Assembly (NCBI GenBank): GCA_900543975.1
Contig: UQTI01000004.1
Location: forward strand, 1,474-65,473
From: an uncultured Prevotella sp.
Lineage (GTDB): Bacteria; Bacteroidota; Bacteroidia; Bacteroidales; Bacteroidaceae
DNA: 64,000 nucleotides
Direction of reading: 5' to 3'
The translations under genes and the position numbers were made by a program. Positions 40,720 through 50,850 of the stretch are shown in pieces (position 1 is the first letter of the stretch; every line of letters starts with the position of its first letter). The notes beneath the pieces were generated by a model. That model did not search any database and had not been told where the DNA came from. It was given only the letters and a program-made list of their open reading frames with translations.

Positions 40720-42037
40720 AAAATGCGCCGAGGACAAAGTTACGGATATTTTCTGTAAAGAGATTTACTTTTAGAAGGAAAAAAGCTTTGTCATTTGATT
40801 TTTTATAGCGCCAACTTGCTTGAAACCGCTTCCAAACAAGATTTCGTTGCAACTGTTAAGATGTACAGATGTGAGCAGTTGCAGCATCAAAATGTGTTGA
40901 AACGATGAGATTGAGCGTGGTTTGAGGATGCATAAGGGCAAGAAATGCACAATTATGAGCTTTTATACAATGCTTAAAAATGGATGAAGCGTTTGTCGCC
41001 AACGCTGCAACTCGCTAGGTATAAGCCTTTTAGAGGGAAGCAACAGACAGTAAAAGCGTTTCAGTTTCAGTTGTTTCAGTTGATTTTTAAGGAGTACAGC
41101 ATTCTACTCTCTTTATGTAATATATTGATTATTAATTAGTTATAAATAATATAAAGAGGATATGAAACATAACTGACCCTTAAAAAACGAACTGAAACTG
41201 AAACAACTGAAACGCTTTGACAAACCAAGATGTTTCATTATCACCTCTCAAGCAAGCGTCGCATGCCATGAAGAGGCTTGGATGCTTCCAAAAATAAGAC
41301 AGAATGTGTAGATAAAAAGGATAGAATTTGTAGAAAAAGAGGGTTGAAAACATGTAAAAGGGGTTAGAAAGCACGCAAAAGGGGTTAGAAGATATAAAAT
41401 GTGCTCCATTTAGATGTGTTGCATGTTCAGCAAAATATAATGGAACAAAGGGCTTTTGCATGGTTTTTGACCGTTACAAGAGCAAAATAGAGGGAAAAAG
41501 GTGGGAAAAAACCTGTGTTTTGCAGCTTTACAAGGGTGTTTTTTGATGTTTTGTCCTTTCTCATTCGCTGCCTCAAACCCGTAAAGCGTTGATAATGAGC
41601 CTTTTAGAAAGAAGCAAGCAACCCGTCGGTTCCAATTCCAGTTATTCCAATTATTTTTTTTGTATTTCCATTATCTTATATTTATATATATATTATATAT
41701 ATAATATATTAATAATCAATAAGTTATAAAGCTCTTAAAAAGAGGGTTCGCATTTGAAATGCCATTTTTTTAATTGGAATAACTGGAATTGGAACCACTG
41801 GATGGAATAACTGGAATTGGAATAACTGGAATTGGAATAACTGGAATTGGAACAGGAACATCTGAAACAGAAAGGTGTCTTATCGTTAAGCCAAAAGAGC
41901 AGAACCGAGCTTGCTCAGAATCTGCCATCGCGAGAAAAGGTGCTATAAAACAGAACGACAGGTAACATTAAAAAAAACGTCAGGTTTGTCACCTGACGTT
42001 CTGTTTCAAGATTGATGAATAGAAGCCCAATGGTTCT
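40720..42037. repeat. 1.3 kb non-coding block containing two palindromic elements of identical architecture (conserved AGCCTTTTAGArrGAAGCAA box, 26-28 bp inverted-repeat arms made of short tandem units, and a 110-116 bp AT-rich spacer)
   Basis: Element 1: arms 41054-41081 (TTTCAG x3) and 41190-41217 (CTGAAA x3). Element 2: a perfect 26-bp IR, GGTTCCAATTCCAGTTATTCCAATTA at 41629-41654, with its reverse complement at 41771-41796, followed by 4x GGAATAACTGGAATT tandem repeats. Confidence 0.6.
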
Positions 42038-42631
42038 TCACTCAAAGGCCAGTTTGTCAAGACGTGTACGCAGCTGCTCAGCTTCCGATTGTCTGATGCT
42101 TAAGGTTATCTGACATGTGTTGTCGAAGTTTTGCGACACGATTCGTGGCTTCATCTCCTTCACAATGCGCATGACGTCGTTCATCATGACGTAAGGAAAG
42201 TTGAACACCACCTCTTCCTCCACCTGGCAGGTTACGGTCTCGGCATGGTCTATAGCGTCGGCAGCAGCCGTTTTATAGGCCACGAGCAAGCCGCTGGTGC
42301 CGAGCTTCACTCCGCCAAAATAGCGCACCACGATGATGAGAATGTTGGTAAGCTCGTTCTTCACGATCTGTCCGAGAATGGGTTTGCCTGCCGTGCTGCT
42401 GGGCTCGCCGTCATCGTTGGTTCGGAAGAGGCTGCTGTCGGCTCCGAGCATGAAGGCATAGCACACATGCCTGGCGTCGTAGAAGCGCTTGCGATAGGTC
42501 TGCACGATGTCTTTAACCTGTTCTTCGGTTTCCACATGATGAGCGAAGGCGTAAAACTTGCTGCGCTTCTCGCTATAGAAGCCTTCAGCTGGGGTTGATG
42601 TTATGGTCTTGTATTCGTCAATAATTTCCAT
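42038..42631 (-). CDS. yigZ: YigZ/IMPACT family protein (UPF0029)
   Basis: 197 aa (FYAFAHHVETEEQ...CYAFMLG...DDGEPSSTAGKPIL), an IMPACT N-domain plus a C-terminal domain. Confidence 0.8.
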   Translation of the reverse strand: MEIIDEYKTITSTPAEGFYSEKRSKFYAFAHHVETEEQVKDIVQTYRKRFYDARHVCYAFMLGADSSLFRTNDDGEPSSTAGKPILGQIVKNELTNILIIVVRYFGGVKLGTSGLLVAYKTAAADAIDHAETVTCQVEEEVVFNFPYVMMNDVMRIVKEMKPRIVSQNFDNTCQITLSIRQSEAEQLRTRLDKLAFE

Positions 42632-42679
42632 TTATCAAACATTAAAAAAACTGATTTGTAGCAGGAGCGTGATGAGGCC

Positions 42680-43927
42680 CTAAGACAGCTTGTGGATAAC
42701 CAGTCCGGAGCGCAGCTTAGGCTCAAACCATGTTGCCTTGGGCGGCATGATCTTTCCGCTGTCAGCAATGTCCATGATCTGCTTCATGGTCACAGGATAG
42801 AGAGCCAGGGCAGCCCTCATCTCGCCGCTGTCGACACGTTGCTTGAGCTCAGAGAGGCCTCTGAGACCGCCCACAAAGTCGATGCGCTTGCTTGAGCGCA
42901 GGTCGCCGATGTTGAGGATCTGGTCAAGAATGAGACGGCTTGAGATGTCTACATCGAGCACGCCTATGGGGTCCTTGTCGTCGTAGGTGCCAGGCTTGGC
43001 GTCGAGGCTGTACCAATGGCCGTCGAGATAGAGCGAGAAGTTGTGAAGGCGTGACGGGCGGTAGATGTCGGTTCCCTTGTCTTCCACCACAAAATGTTCG
43101 GATAGCTTGTCAAGAAACTGCTCCGAGGTCAAGCCGTTAAGGTCTTTCACCACGCGGTTATAGTCGAGCACGGTGAGCTGGGAAGCCTGGAAGCAAACGG
43201 CCATGAAATAGTTATATTCCTCCTGTCCCGTGTGGTTTGGATCGGCCTTTGCCTTCTCCGCTCCCACGAGAGCTGCGGCAGCGCTGCGATGGTGGCCGTC
43301 GGCGATGTAGAGGGCAGGCATCTGCGCAAACTGTCGGGTTATGAGGTCTATGTCGTCTTTCTTGTCAACGACCCACAGCTGGTGGCGGAAGTGGTCGATG
43401 GGGGCCACAAAATCGTATGTAGCTTTGGTTGCAGCATAACGGGTTATCAGGCTGTCCAGCACGTCGTTATCGGGATAGGCAAGAAACACGGGCTCTATGT
43501 TGGCGTCACACACGCGCACATGCTTCATGCGGTCCTCTTCCTTGTCCTTGCGTGTGAGCTCATGCTTCTTGATCACGCCGTTAAGATAGTCGTTCACATA
43601 AGCTCCTACCACAAGCCCATACTGCGTCTTGCCGTTCATGGTCTGCGCGTAGATGTAGTAGTGGTCCTCCTCGTCTTGCTTGAGCCATCCACGCTCTTGG
43701 AACAACTTAAAGTTGGCTGTGGCCTGTTCATAGACCTTCTGCTCATACTCGCTTGTGCCGGGCTCAAAATCGATCTCGGGCTTTGTTATGTGGTACAGGC
43801 TCTTCTCGTTGTCGCCAGCCTCTGCCCTGGCCTCTTCGCTGTCGAGCACGTCGTAGGGACGACATTCTATCTCTTCCACCAGCTCTTGTGGCGGTCTTAT
43901 TCCGCGGAATGGTTTAATTGTTGCCAT
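42680..43927 (-). CDS. DUF1015 domain protein
   Basis: 415 aa starting MATIKPFRGIRP, characteristic of the DUF1015 family. Confidence 0.7.
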   Translation of the reverse strand: MATIKPFRGIRPPQELVEEIECRPYDVLDSEEARAEAGDNEKSLYHITKPEIDFEPGTSEYEQKVYEQATANFKLFQERGWLKQDEEDHYYIYAQTMNGKTQYGLVVGAYVNDYLNGVIKKHELTRKDKEEDRMKHVRVCDANIEPVFLAYPDNDVLDSLITRYAATKATYDFVAPIDHFRHQLWVVDKKDDIDLITRQFAQMPALYIADGHHRSAAAALVGAEKAKADPNHTGQEEYNYFMAVCFQASQLTVLDYNRVVKDLNGLTSEQFLDKLSEHFVVEDKGTDIYRPSRLHNFSLYLDGHWYSLDAKPGTYDDKDPIGVLDVDISSRLILDQILNIGDLRSSKRIDFVGGLRGLSELKQRVDSGEMRAALALYPVTMKQIMDIADSGKIMPPKATWFEPKLRSGLVIHKLS

Positions 43928-44208
43928 GATTTATCTTCTTTTAGTTATCGGTTATTTGTTGTTTTAGCTCTAAAGCTATTGTCTGTTCGCTCGGCTTTGC
44001 CGTTTGCAGCAACAACTTCAGAACCTGCAAAAGTTCAATATAAGCAGGTCGTTAAAACAAAAGCAAGGCAATGGCTAACAGACTCTCTACCCACGAAGAA
44101 GAAAAGCCGGTTGGCAATTGCCTTGATTGTTTGTGCTAAGAAACAGCTCCCCACGCTAAAGAGAGAGAGCGTTTCTTGCTTTATTGCTTGTTTTTTTACT
44201 TTTTTTGC

Positions 44209-45126
44209 TTATTTGTTGACCTGATATTTTGTGCAGCCACTCTCAAAGAAGGCGTTGATCTGCTTTGCAGCAGCTATGCCGGCGTTGGTGTTGGCCTCGG
44301 CTGTCTGTGCGCCCATCTTCTTGGGAGTGGAGAAATAGCGTCCCTCAAACTGTGCAAACTCGGCATCGGCATCGGGCTTGATGTCGGTAACGAAGCGCAG
44401 GTCGGCACGCTCGGCCATGAGCTTTATGAGCTCGGGCTCGTTGATGACCTCCTTACGCGCCGTGTTGATGAGTATGCCGCCCTTCTCAAGCTTGTTGACA
44501 AGGGCATAGTTGATGCTCTGCTTGGTCTCGGGTGTGGCAGGGATGTGGAGCGACACGATGTCACACTTCTCAAACAGCTCCTCCTGCGAGTTGACAGCAT
44601 GAACGCCAGCCTCCTCTATGGCAGCCTTGGGGCAGAAGGCATCGTAGGCATAGACCTCCATGCCGAAGCCTTTGGCTATGCGTGCCACGTTGCGGCCCAC
44701 GTTGCCGAAGGCGAGGATGCCGAGGCGCTTGCCCTTGAGCTCTGTGCCTGCCTTGCCGTTATAGAAGTTGCGCACGGTGAAGACGAGCAGGCCAAACACC
44801 AGCTCTGCCACGGCGTTAGAGTTCTGGCCGGGAGTGTTCTCCACAACCACACCCTTCTGCTTGGCATAGGCCGTGTCGATGCTGTCGTAGCCAGCACCTG
44901 CACGCACCACGATCTTAAGCTGCTTGGCAGCATCAAGCACCTCGGGTGTGACCTTGTCTGAGCGCACGATCATGGCGTCAGCATCGGCTACGGCAGCCTT
45001 AAGGTCTGCCACATCTGTATATTTCTCCAAGAGCACGAGCTTGTGGCCTGCTCCTTCTATTTCTTTCTTTATGCCTTCTACTGCTTCTGCAGCAAACGGC
45101 TTTTCTGTCGCTACAAGAATGTTCAT
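44209..45126 (-). CDS. serA: D-3-phosphoglycerate dehydrogenase (short-form 2-hydroxyacid dehydrogenase)
   Basis: 305 aa D-isomer-specific 2-hydroxyacid dehydrogenase with an NAD-binding GxGxxG (GILAFGNVGRNVA). Sits next to serC. Confidence 0.8.
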   Translation of the reverse strand: MNILVATEKPFAAEAVEGIKKEIEGAGHKLVLLEKYTDVADLKAAVADADAMIVRSDKVTPEVLDAAKQLKIVVRAGAGYDSIDTAYAKQKGVVVENTPGQNSNAVAELVFGLLVFTVRNFYNGKAGTELKGKRLGILAFGNVGRNVARIAKGFGMEVYAYDAFCPKAAIEEAGVHAVNSQEELFEKCDIVSLHIPATPETKQSINYALVNKLEKGGILINTARKEVINEPELIKLMAERADLRFVTDIKPDADAEFAQFEGRYFSTPKKMGAQTAEANTNAGIAAAKQINAFFESGCTKYQVNK

Positions 45127-45561
45127 TTTTGAATTTTGATTTTTGAATTTTGAATTTTGAATTGTTGCGCCTGATGGCGCAATTATGAGTTTTGAATTTT
45201 GATTTTTGAATTTTGAATTATCGGCTTTCAGCCGATTTTGATTTTTTGAAATTTGCGCTCGGCTCGTAGAGACGCTTGCCTAAGCAAGAATTATTGCGCA
45301 AGAGCAATTTTTATTTTACACTCGGCTCGTAGAGACACAGGCCTAAGCAAGAATTATTGCGGCTTTGCCTCAATTATGGATTAATCAATTCTTTATTTGG
45401 AAAATCAAAAATTGATAATTCATAAATTGATAATTCAAAATTGATAATTCAAAATTGATAATTCAAAATTGATAATCCAAAAATTGATAATTCAAAAATC
45501 GATAATTCAAAATCGGCTGAAAGCCGATAATTCAAAAATCAAAACTCAAAACTCAAAATTC
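45127..45561. mobile_element. MITE-like composite palindromic repeat element between serC and serA
   Basis: About 45-bp terminal inverted repeats (45196-45240 vs 45496-45545, each containing the ATCGGCTTTCAGCCGAT hairpin). TTTTGAATTTTGA repeats on the left and 7x ATTGATAATTCAAA tandem repeats on the right. Two internal copies of CGCTCGGCT...GCCTAAGCAAGAATTATTGCG. Confidence 0.5.
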
Positions 45562-46629
45562 TCAATGCTTTGCTTCAAACTCTTTCATGCAGTCAACCAA
45601 CGCCTGCACGCCCTCAAGCGGCTGAGCGTTGTAGCAGCTGGCACGGAAGCCGCCAACAGAGCGGTGGCCCTTGATGCCGACCATACCCTTGGATGTGGCA
45701 AACTCGAAGAAAGGCTTCTCAAGCTCAGCATACTCGTCGTTCATGACGAAGCAGATGTTCATGACAGAACGGTCTTCCTCCTTAACGGTTCCGCGGAACA
45801 GCTTGTTGCGGTCGATCTCGCCGTAGAGCAGCTCTGCACGCTCCTTTGCAAGCTTGTCCATGGCTTCAACGCCACCCTTGGCCTTCAGCCAACGCAGGGT
45901 CTCAAGAGCCGAGTAGATGGGCACCACGGGAGGAGTGTTGAACATAGAACCCTTCTCCACATGTGTGCGATAGTCAAGCATGGTAGGAATCTGGCGAGGA
46001 GCCTTGCCCAAAGCGTCGTTCTTCACGATAGCGAGGGTCACACCGGCCATGGCGAGGTTCTTCTGGGCACCAGCATAGATGCAGTCGTATTTTGACACGT
46101 CCACAGGGCGGCTGAAGATGTCGGACGACATGTCGGCAATAAGACGCACAGGTACGTCAAGATCTTTGCGGATCTCAGTACCATAGATCGTGTTGTTGGT
46201 TGTGATGTGCAGATAGTCGGCATCGGCAGGAACGTCCCATCCCTTAGGAATGAACGTGTAGTTGGCATCGGCAGACGAAGCCACCTCAACCACATCGCCA
46301 AAGAGCTTTGCCTCCTTCATGGCCTTCTTTGCCCATGTGCCTGTGTTGAGATATGCGGCCTTCTTTATAAGGAAGTTGAAAGGCACCATACAGAACTCCA
46401 ACGAGGCTCCACCTCCAAGAAACAGCACGGAGTAGCCCTCAGGAATGTTGAGGATCTCCTTGATGAGCGACTCTGCTTCGTCGACAACAGGCTGGAAATC
46501 TTTGGAACGATGACTGATCTCAGCGAGTGACAGTCCGGTACCATTGAAATCTAAAATCTGTTTCGCAGTATTCTCAATCACCTCTCTTGGAAGGATTGAC
46601 GGACCTGCATTAAAGTTGTACTTTTTCAT
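45562..46629 (-). CDS. serC: phosphoserine aminotransferase
   Basis: 355 aa class V aminotransferase ([10 protein letters not shown]...), typical SerC. Confidence 0.9.
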   Translation of the reverse strand: MKKYNFNAGPSILPREVIENTAKQILDFNGTGLSLAEISHRSKDFQPVVDEAESLIKEILNIPEGYSVLFLGGGASLEFCMVPFNFLIKKAAYLNTGTWAKKAMKEAKLFGDVVEVASSADANYTFIPKGWDVPADADYLHITTNNTIYGTEIRKDLDVPVRLIADMSSDIFSRPVDVSKYDCIYAGAQKNLAMAGVTLAIVKNDALGKAPRQIPTMLDYRTHVEKGSMFNTPPVVPIYSALETLRWLKAKGGVEAMDKLAKERAELLYGEIDRNKLFRGTVKEEDRSVMNICFVMNDEYAELEKPFFEFATSKGMVGIKGHRSVGGFRASCYNAQPLEGVQALVDCMKEFEAKH

Positions 46630-47091
46630 CTGTATGTATTTTTTTGATTAATACTCTATTTCTATTTTCAGTTTTTATACGTTGTTTCAGTTACGGTAAA
46701 ATATGTCGTAGGACATGTTTTCTACTTTTCGTAAGATTGTAGATGCGAAATTACACCTTTTATTTGAAACACACAAATAAAAAGACAATAATTTACTATC
46801 TAAGGAAAAATAATTACATTTTGACATTTTCAAAGAAAACGTTTTCACATGTTTTTGGTGGTGTTTCCGTGCCTTACACCTTATTTTATAAGACGATGAG
46901 TTCTTGCTTTGGCAAGCAATTTCTAAGAATTAAAATTTCTCTTCGTGTTTGCTTTTCATCATTCTTTGTTGTATCTTTGCATAAGATAAGCTGCACCTCG
47001 GCATAATATTCAAGCAAGCTTGATATTCTGCTCTCGGTTTGCATTATCTTTGCATAACTTTGCGCAACATGCGAACAAAAACGAGAACAAG

Positions 47092-47793
47092 ATGGAAGAA
47101 AAAGACATAAAAAAACAAGCGAGCGAAGAGATGGTCATAAAGCCTATAGCCCACTTCCACTCGCCTCTAAAGACCAAGTTTGGCGTGCCCAAGCAGAGCG
47201 GACTGGCATCGTCCCTAAAGGGGTTCATAACGTTCACAAAAGAGTGGCGCGACCCCGAAGCGCTTCGTGGCATCGACGGTTTCAGCTACCTGTGGCTCAT
47301 ATGGAGCTTCTCTGCCAACCCCCACAAAGCCACGGGCACAACCGTGCGTCCTCCTGTGCTTGGCGGCAACAAGCGCATGGGCATCTGGGCCACACGCTCT
47401 CCTTTCCGTCCCAACAACCTGGGGCTGTCGTCGGTAAAGATCGAGAGTATAGACCTTGAGGCTGCGACAGGCCCTGTAATCCGTGTGAGCGGCGCCGACC
47501 TCATGGACGGCACCCCCATTTACGACATCAAGCCTTATGTGCCTTATGCCGACGCTCACCCTGAGGCCGAGAGCGGTTTCACAGGCGCTGAGAAGATCAA
47601 GCGGCTAAAGGTTGTCATGCCGCAGGAGCGGCGCAACGAGCTTGGTGCAGACCTGAGCGAGGCGCTTGAAGAGGTGCTGGCGCTTGACCCGAGACCACAA
47701 TATCATAATGACAGCAACCGCGTATATGGTCTCAAGTTTGAGCGCCACGACGTGAAGTTTATGGTTAAAGGAGATGAGATAATTGTTTTGTAA
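47092..47793 (+). CDS. trmO: tRNA (t6A37-N6)-methyltransferase TrmO (TsaA/YaeB family)
   Basis: The start is taken at MEEKDIKK. Product carries the TsaA-like beta-barrel motifs (FSYLWLIWSF...GIWATRSPFRPNNLGLS). Confidence 0.8.
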   Translation: MEEKDIKKQASEEMVIKPIAHFHSPLKTKFGVPKQSGLASSLKGFITFTKEWRDPEALRGIDGFSYLWLIWSFSANPHKATGTTVRPPVLGGNKRMGIWATRSPFRPNNLGLSSVKIESIDLEAATGPVIRVSGADLMDGTPIYDIKPYVPYADAHPEAESGFTGAEKIKRLKVVMPQERRNELGADLSEALEEVLALDPRPQYHNDSNRVYGLKFERHDVKFMVKGDEIIVL

Positions 47794-47865
47794 ACAACAG
47801 CTTACAAAAAAAATAAAGACAAGAAGATTAACCTTGTCCTGCAATTGCTGGTCGCAAGGCTAATC

Positions 47866-47910
47866 TACTTGTCCGCTCGGCTTGCCGCTTGCCTAAGCAA
47901 GAACTATCCA
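47866..47910. repeat. third copy of the interspersed CGCTCGGCT...GCCTAAGCAAGAA repeat
   Basis: gtccgctcggcttgccgcttgcctaagcaagaactat matches the copies at 45246 and 45313. A partial copy lies at 43987. Confidence 0.45.
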
Positions 47911-47911
47911 A

Positions 47912-49276
47912 CTAATTTTTGAAGCTATGTACAGGAGCCGGTATTCGGCCCACACGGTTCACAAAAGCTTCGCAAGAGAAGCGGTTTACAGGCATGATGG
48001 GAGCATGGCCAAGAAGGCCTCCAAAATCGACATTATCGCCAACCTTCATGCCGACAGCAGGAATCACGCGCACGGCTGTGGTCTTCTGGTTGATCATGCC
48101 GATGGCAGCCTCGTCGGCAATAATGCCCGAGATGGTGGTGGCAGGCGTGTCGCCGGGGATGGCGATCATGTCAAGGCCCACGGAGCACACACAGGTCATG
48201 GCTTCAAGCTTCTCTATGGTCAGAGCGCCAGCCTCTACAGCATCAATCATGCCCTGATCCTCGCTCACGGGGATGAACGCGCCACTCAGTCCGCCGACAT
48301 AAGACGAGGCCATGATGCCGCCCTTCTTTACCTGGTCGTTGAGCAAGGCAAGAGCAGCTGTTGTGCCTGGAGCGCCGGGGTGCTCAAGACCGATCTCCTT
48401 CAAGATGTCGGCCACGCTGTCGCCTACGGCAGGTGTGGGAGCCAGCGAGAGGTCTATGATGCCAAACGGTATGCCCAGACGGTTTGACGCCTCCTTAGCC
48501 ACGAGCTGTCCGACACGGGTGATCTTAAACGCCGTGCGCTTGATGGTTTCGCAGAGCACCTCGAAGCTCTCGCCACGAACGCTCTCAAGAGCATATTTCA
48601 CCACGCCAGGACCGCTCACGCCAACGCTTATAACAGCATCGGCCTCGCTCACGCCGTGGAAAGCGCCGGCCATGAACGGATTGTCGTCGGGAGCGTTACA
48701 CAGCACCACCAGCTTGGCACAGCCTATAGATGCACGTTCCTTGGTAGCTTCAGCCGTCTGCTTCACGATCTCACCCATGAGCTTCACGGCGTCCATGTTG
48801 ATGCCCGTCTTCGTTGAGCCCACGTTGATGGAGCTGCAAATGAAATCTGTCTCAGCCAAAGCCTTAGGAATGGAGCGTATGAGGAGCTCATCGCTCTTGC
48901 TCATGCCCTTCGACACCACGGCCGAGTAGCCGCCGAGAAAGTTCACGCCCACGGTCTTGGCAGCACGGTCGAGCGCCTTTGCCACCTTCACATAGTCGTC
49001 GGGGGTTTTGCAAGCAGAACCTCCCACCAGCGAGATGGGGGTTATGGCTATGCGCTTGTTGACGATGGGAATGCCAAACTCGCGCGAGATGTCTTCTCCC
49101 GTCTTCACCAGGTCTTTGGCCAGACGGCAGATCTTGTCATAGATGTTTTGACAGAGAACGTCGAGGTTGGAGTCGGCACAATCGAGCAGGTTTATGCCCA
49201 TGGTTATTGTGCGCACGTCCAGGTTTTCCTTCTCTATCATTTTGTTGGTTTCGAAAACCTCGTATATGTTAATCAT
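47912..49276 (-). CDS. UPF0210 (DUF711, PFL-like) family protein
   Basis: 454 aa. Conserved partner of the upstream ACT-domain UPF0237 protein. Confidence 0.75.
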   Translation of the reverse strand: MINIYEVFETNKMIEKENLDVRTITMGINLLDCADSNLDVLCQNIYDKICRLAKDLVKTGEDISREFGIPIVNKRIAITPISLVGGSACKTPDDYVKVAKALDRAAKTVGVNFLGGYSAVVSKGMSKSDELLIRSIPKALAETDFICSSINVGSTKTGINMDAVKLMGEIVKQTAEATKERASIGCAKLVVLCNAPDDNPFMAGAFHGVSEADAVISVGVSGPGVVKYALESVRGESFEVLCETIKRTAFKITRVGQLVAKEASNRLGIPFGIIDLSLAPTPAVGDSVADILKEIGLEHPGAPGTTAALALLNDQVKKGGIMASSYVGGLSGAFIPVSEDQGMIDAVEAGALTIEKLEAMTCVCSVGLDMIAIPGDTPATTISGIIADEAAIGMINQKTTAVRVIPAVGMKVGDNVDFGGLLGHAPIMPVNRFSCEAFVNRVGRIPAPVHSFKN

Positions 49277-49317
49277 AATGATTCTGTCTGATTATGTAAA
49301 ATGGAAGGTCCTTAAAG

Positions 49318-49602
49318 TTAGATGCGATGCATCATGTCAAAAATCTCCTCGCGTTGACATTTCACCTGCACGCCAATCTCCTTGCCGATCTGCTCCAGCT
49401 CATTGGCCACAACCTCAAACGGCTTCTCCATCTTTGTCATGTCAACGATCATCATCATGTTGAAAAAGTCTTGAACGATGGTCTGAGAGATGTCCAGAAT
49501 GTTGACATGGCTTTCAGCGAGGTAAGCACACACTTTTGCAATGATACCAACAGTATCCTTGCCTACTACTGTAATAATGGTTTTATTCATATATGCTAAC
49601 AA
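49318..49602 (-). CDS. ACT domain protein (UPF0237)
   Basis: 94 aa MNKTIITVVGKDTVGIIAKVCAYLAESHVNILDISQT, an ACT fold. Confidence 0.75.
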   Translation of the reverse strand: MLAYMNKTIITVVGKDTVGIIAKVCAYLAESHVNILDISQTIVQDFFNMMMIVDMTKMEKPFEVVANELEQIGKEIGVQVKCQREEIFDMMHRI

Positions 49603-49912
49603 TATAATAATTTTCTGTTTTTGCCCTATCGGCCAAACAAATGCTTGTGTTGGCGCGCTTGCTCAAGTGGTCATAGACCTTAACACCTTATTAATATATG
49701 GTATGAGAACCGTGTGAGAGCTCCTTGTTTTTTAATAAAATGTGAAGACGGCAAGCTAAAGAGTCGCCAAAAACAGCCGATTTGTCTGTTTTTATTGTGC
49801 AAAAGTAGCTTAATATTCACAATTAACAAAACAAAAAGCAAAAAATCTTACAAGAAGAGACTACATAAAGAAAAAAAATCAAAAAACATTGCGTAAGAAA
49901 AAAAATAATATA

Positions 49913-49920
49913 TACCTTTG
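49913..49920 (+). promoter_or_regulatory. candidate Bacteroidetes sigma-AB -7 element (TACCTTTG, matching TAnnTTTG) upstream of rpoD
   Basis: The motif lies about 30 nt upstream of the rpoD ATG. Confidence 0.3.
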
Positions 49921-49948
49921 TATAATCTAAAAAAATCGCGTGAGCTAC

Positions 49949-50812
49949 ATGAGACAACTAAAAATAAGCAAATCGTTTACCAACCGCGAGAGCGACGCTC
50001 TCGACAAGTACCTACAAGACATCGGGCATGAGGAACTTCTTTCGCTCGATGAAGAGGTTGAATTGGCCCAACGCATAAAGGAGGGCGACAACAAAGCGCT
50101 TGAAAAGCTCACACGCGCAAACCTGAGGTTTGTTGTGTCGGTTGCCAAACAGTATCAGAACCAAGGGCTCAGCTTGCCAGACCTCATCAACGAGGGCAAC
50201 ATAGGATTGATCAAAGCAGCGAAGAAGTTTGACGAAACACGCGGCTTCAAGTTCATATCCTACGCCGTGTGGTGGATAAGACAAAGCATCATGCAAGCCA
50301 TTGCTGAGCAAGGACGACCCGTGCGCCTGCCGCTCAACCAGGTGGGGTCGGTAAACAAGATAAACAAGGCGCTGAGCAAGTTTGAACAAGAGCACGAACG
50401 ACGCCCGAGCATCGACGAGATAGCATCGAGCACAGACCTGCCACAGGAAAAGGTGGAGGAAGCGATAAAGGCCAACACGCGTCAGGTGTCGATGGACGCG
50501 CCGTTTAAAGAGGGCGAAGAGAACAGCCTGATAGACGTGCTTTCAAGCGACGAGACCCCTTCAACCGATGCCGAGCTGCTCAAGCAGTCGCTTCGCGAGG
50601 AGATGTCGATGGCGCTGAACGTGCTCAACGAGCGCGAACGCAATGTCATCATGGCATTCTACGGCATAGGCCAACCCGAGATGTCGATGGACGAAATAGG
50701 CAAACGCTATGGGCTCACACGCGAGCGTGTAAGACAGATCAGAGAGAGGGCGTTGCGCCGTCTGCGTCAGAACACGCACAACAAGCTGTTAAAATCGTAT
50801 CTCGGCAAGTAA
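49949..50812 (+). CDS. rpoD: RNA polymerase primary sigma factor (Bacteroidetes sigma-AB)
   Basis: Start taken at the ATG ([10 protein letters not shown]...). Regions 2-4 are conserved ([22 protein letters not shown]-like [23 protein letters not shown]). Confidence 0.9.
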   Translation: MRQLKISKSFTNRESDALDKYLQDIGHEELLSLDEEVELAQRIKEGDNKALEKLTRANLRFVVSVAKQYQNQGLSLPDLINEGNIGLIKAAKKFDETRGFKFISYAVWWIRQSIMQAIAEQGRPVRLPLNQVGSVNKINKALSKFEQEHERRPSIDEIASSTDLPQEKVEEAIKANTRQVSMDAPFKEGEENSLIDVLSSDETPSTDAELLKQSLREEMSMALNVLNERERNVIMAFYGIGQPEMSMDEIGKRYGLTRERVRQIRERALRRLRQNTHNKLLKSYLGK

Positions 50813-50850
50813 GGAAAATAAGATTATTTATATAACAACTTTAAAAGCAC

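Noticed and set aside
41779-41849. Possible CRISPR or coding repeat (GGAATAACTGGAATT x4)
   Set aside because: It is a direct tandem repeat without spacers, part of the palindromic element 2 arm, with no ORF context.
40720-42037. Hidden structured RNA gene (tmRNA, RNase P RNA, SRP RNA, 6S) or tRNA in the large non-coding block
   Set aside because: I found no conserved cores (tmRNA 5' GGGG...3' CCA acceptor pairing, RNase P AGGAAAGTCCGGGCTCC, SRP GGAA tetraloop helix, tRNA T-arm GGTTCGAATCC). This cannot be fully excluded without a covariance-model search.
44176-44961. 261-aa + strand ORF antisense to serA; 208-aa + ORF (45469-46095) antisense to serC
   Set aside because: Both are embedded in conserved biosynthetic genes and have no domain signatures.
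45408-45510. Possible CRISPR array suggested by evenly spaced ATTGATAATTCAAA units
   Set aside because: The units are contiguous 14-15 bp tandem repeats with no intervening unique spacers and no cas genes nearby. This is a microsatellite-like arm of the palindromic element, not CRISPR.
46743-47006. 87-aa + ORF in the serC-trmO intergenic region and 87-aa - ORF at 47010-47273
   Set aside because: The first is AT-rich promoter DNA with an implausible Lys/Phe-rich product. The second overlaps the trmO 5' region antisense.
47912-48929. Multiple + strand ORFs (112-205 aa) antisense to the UPF0210 gene
   Set aside because: They are embedded antisense in a conserved CDS, with Ala/Ser/Met/Pro-rich low-complexity translations.
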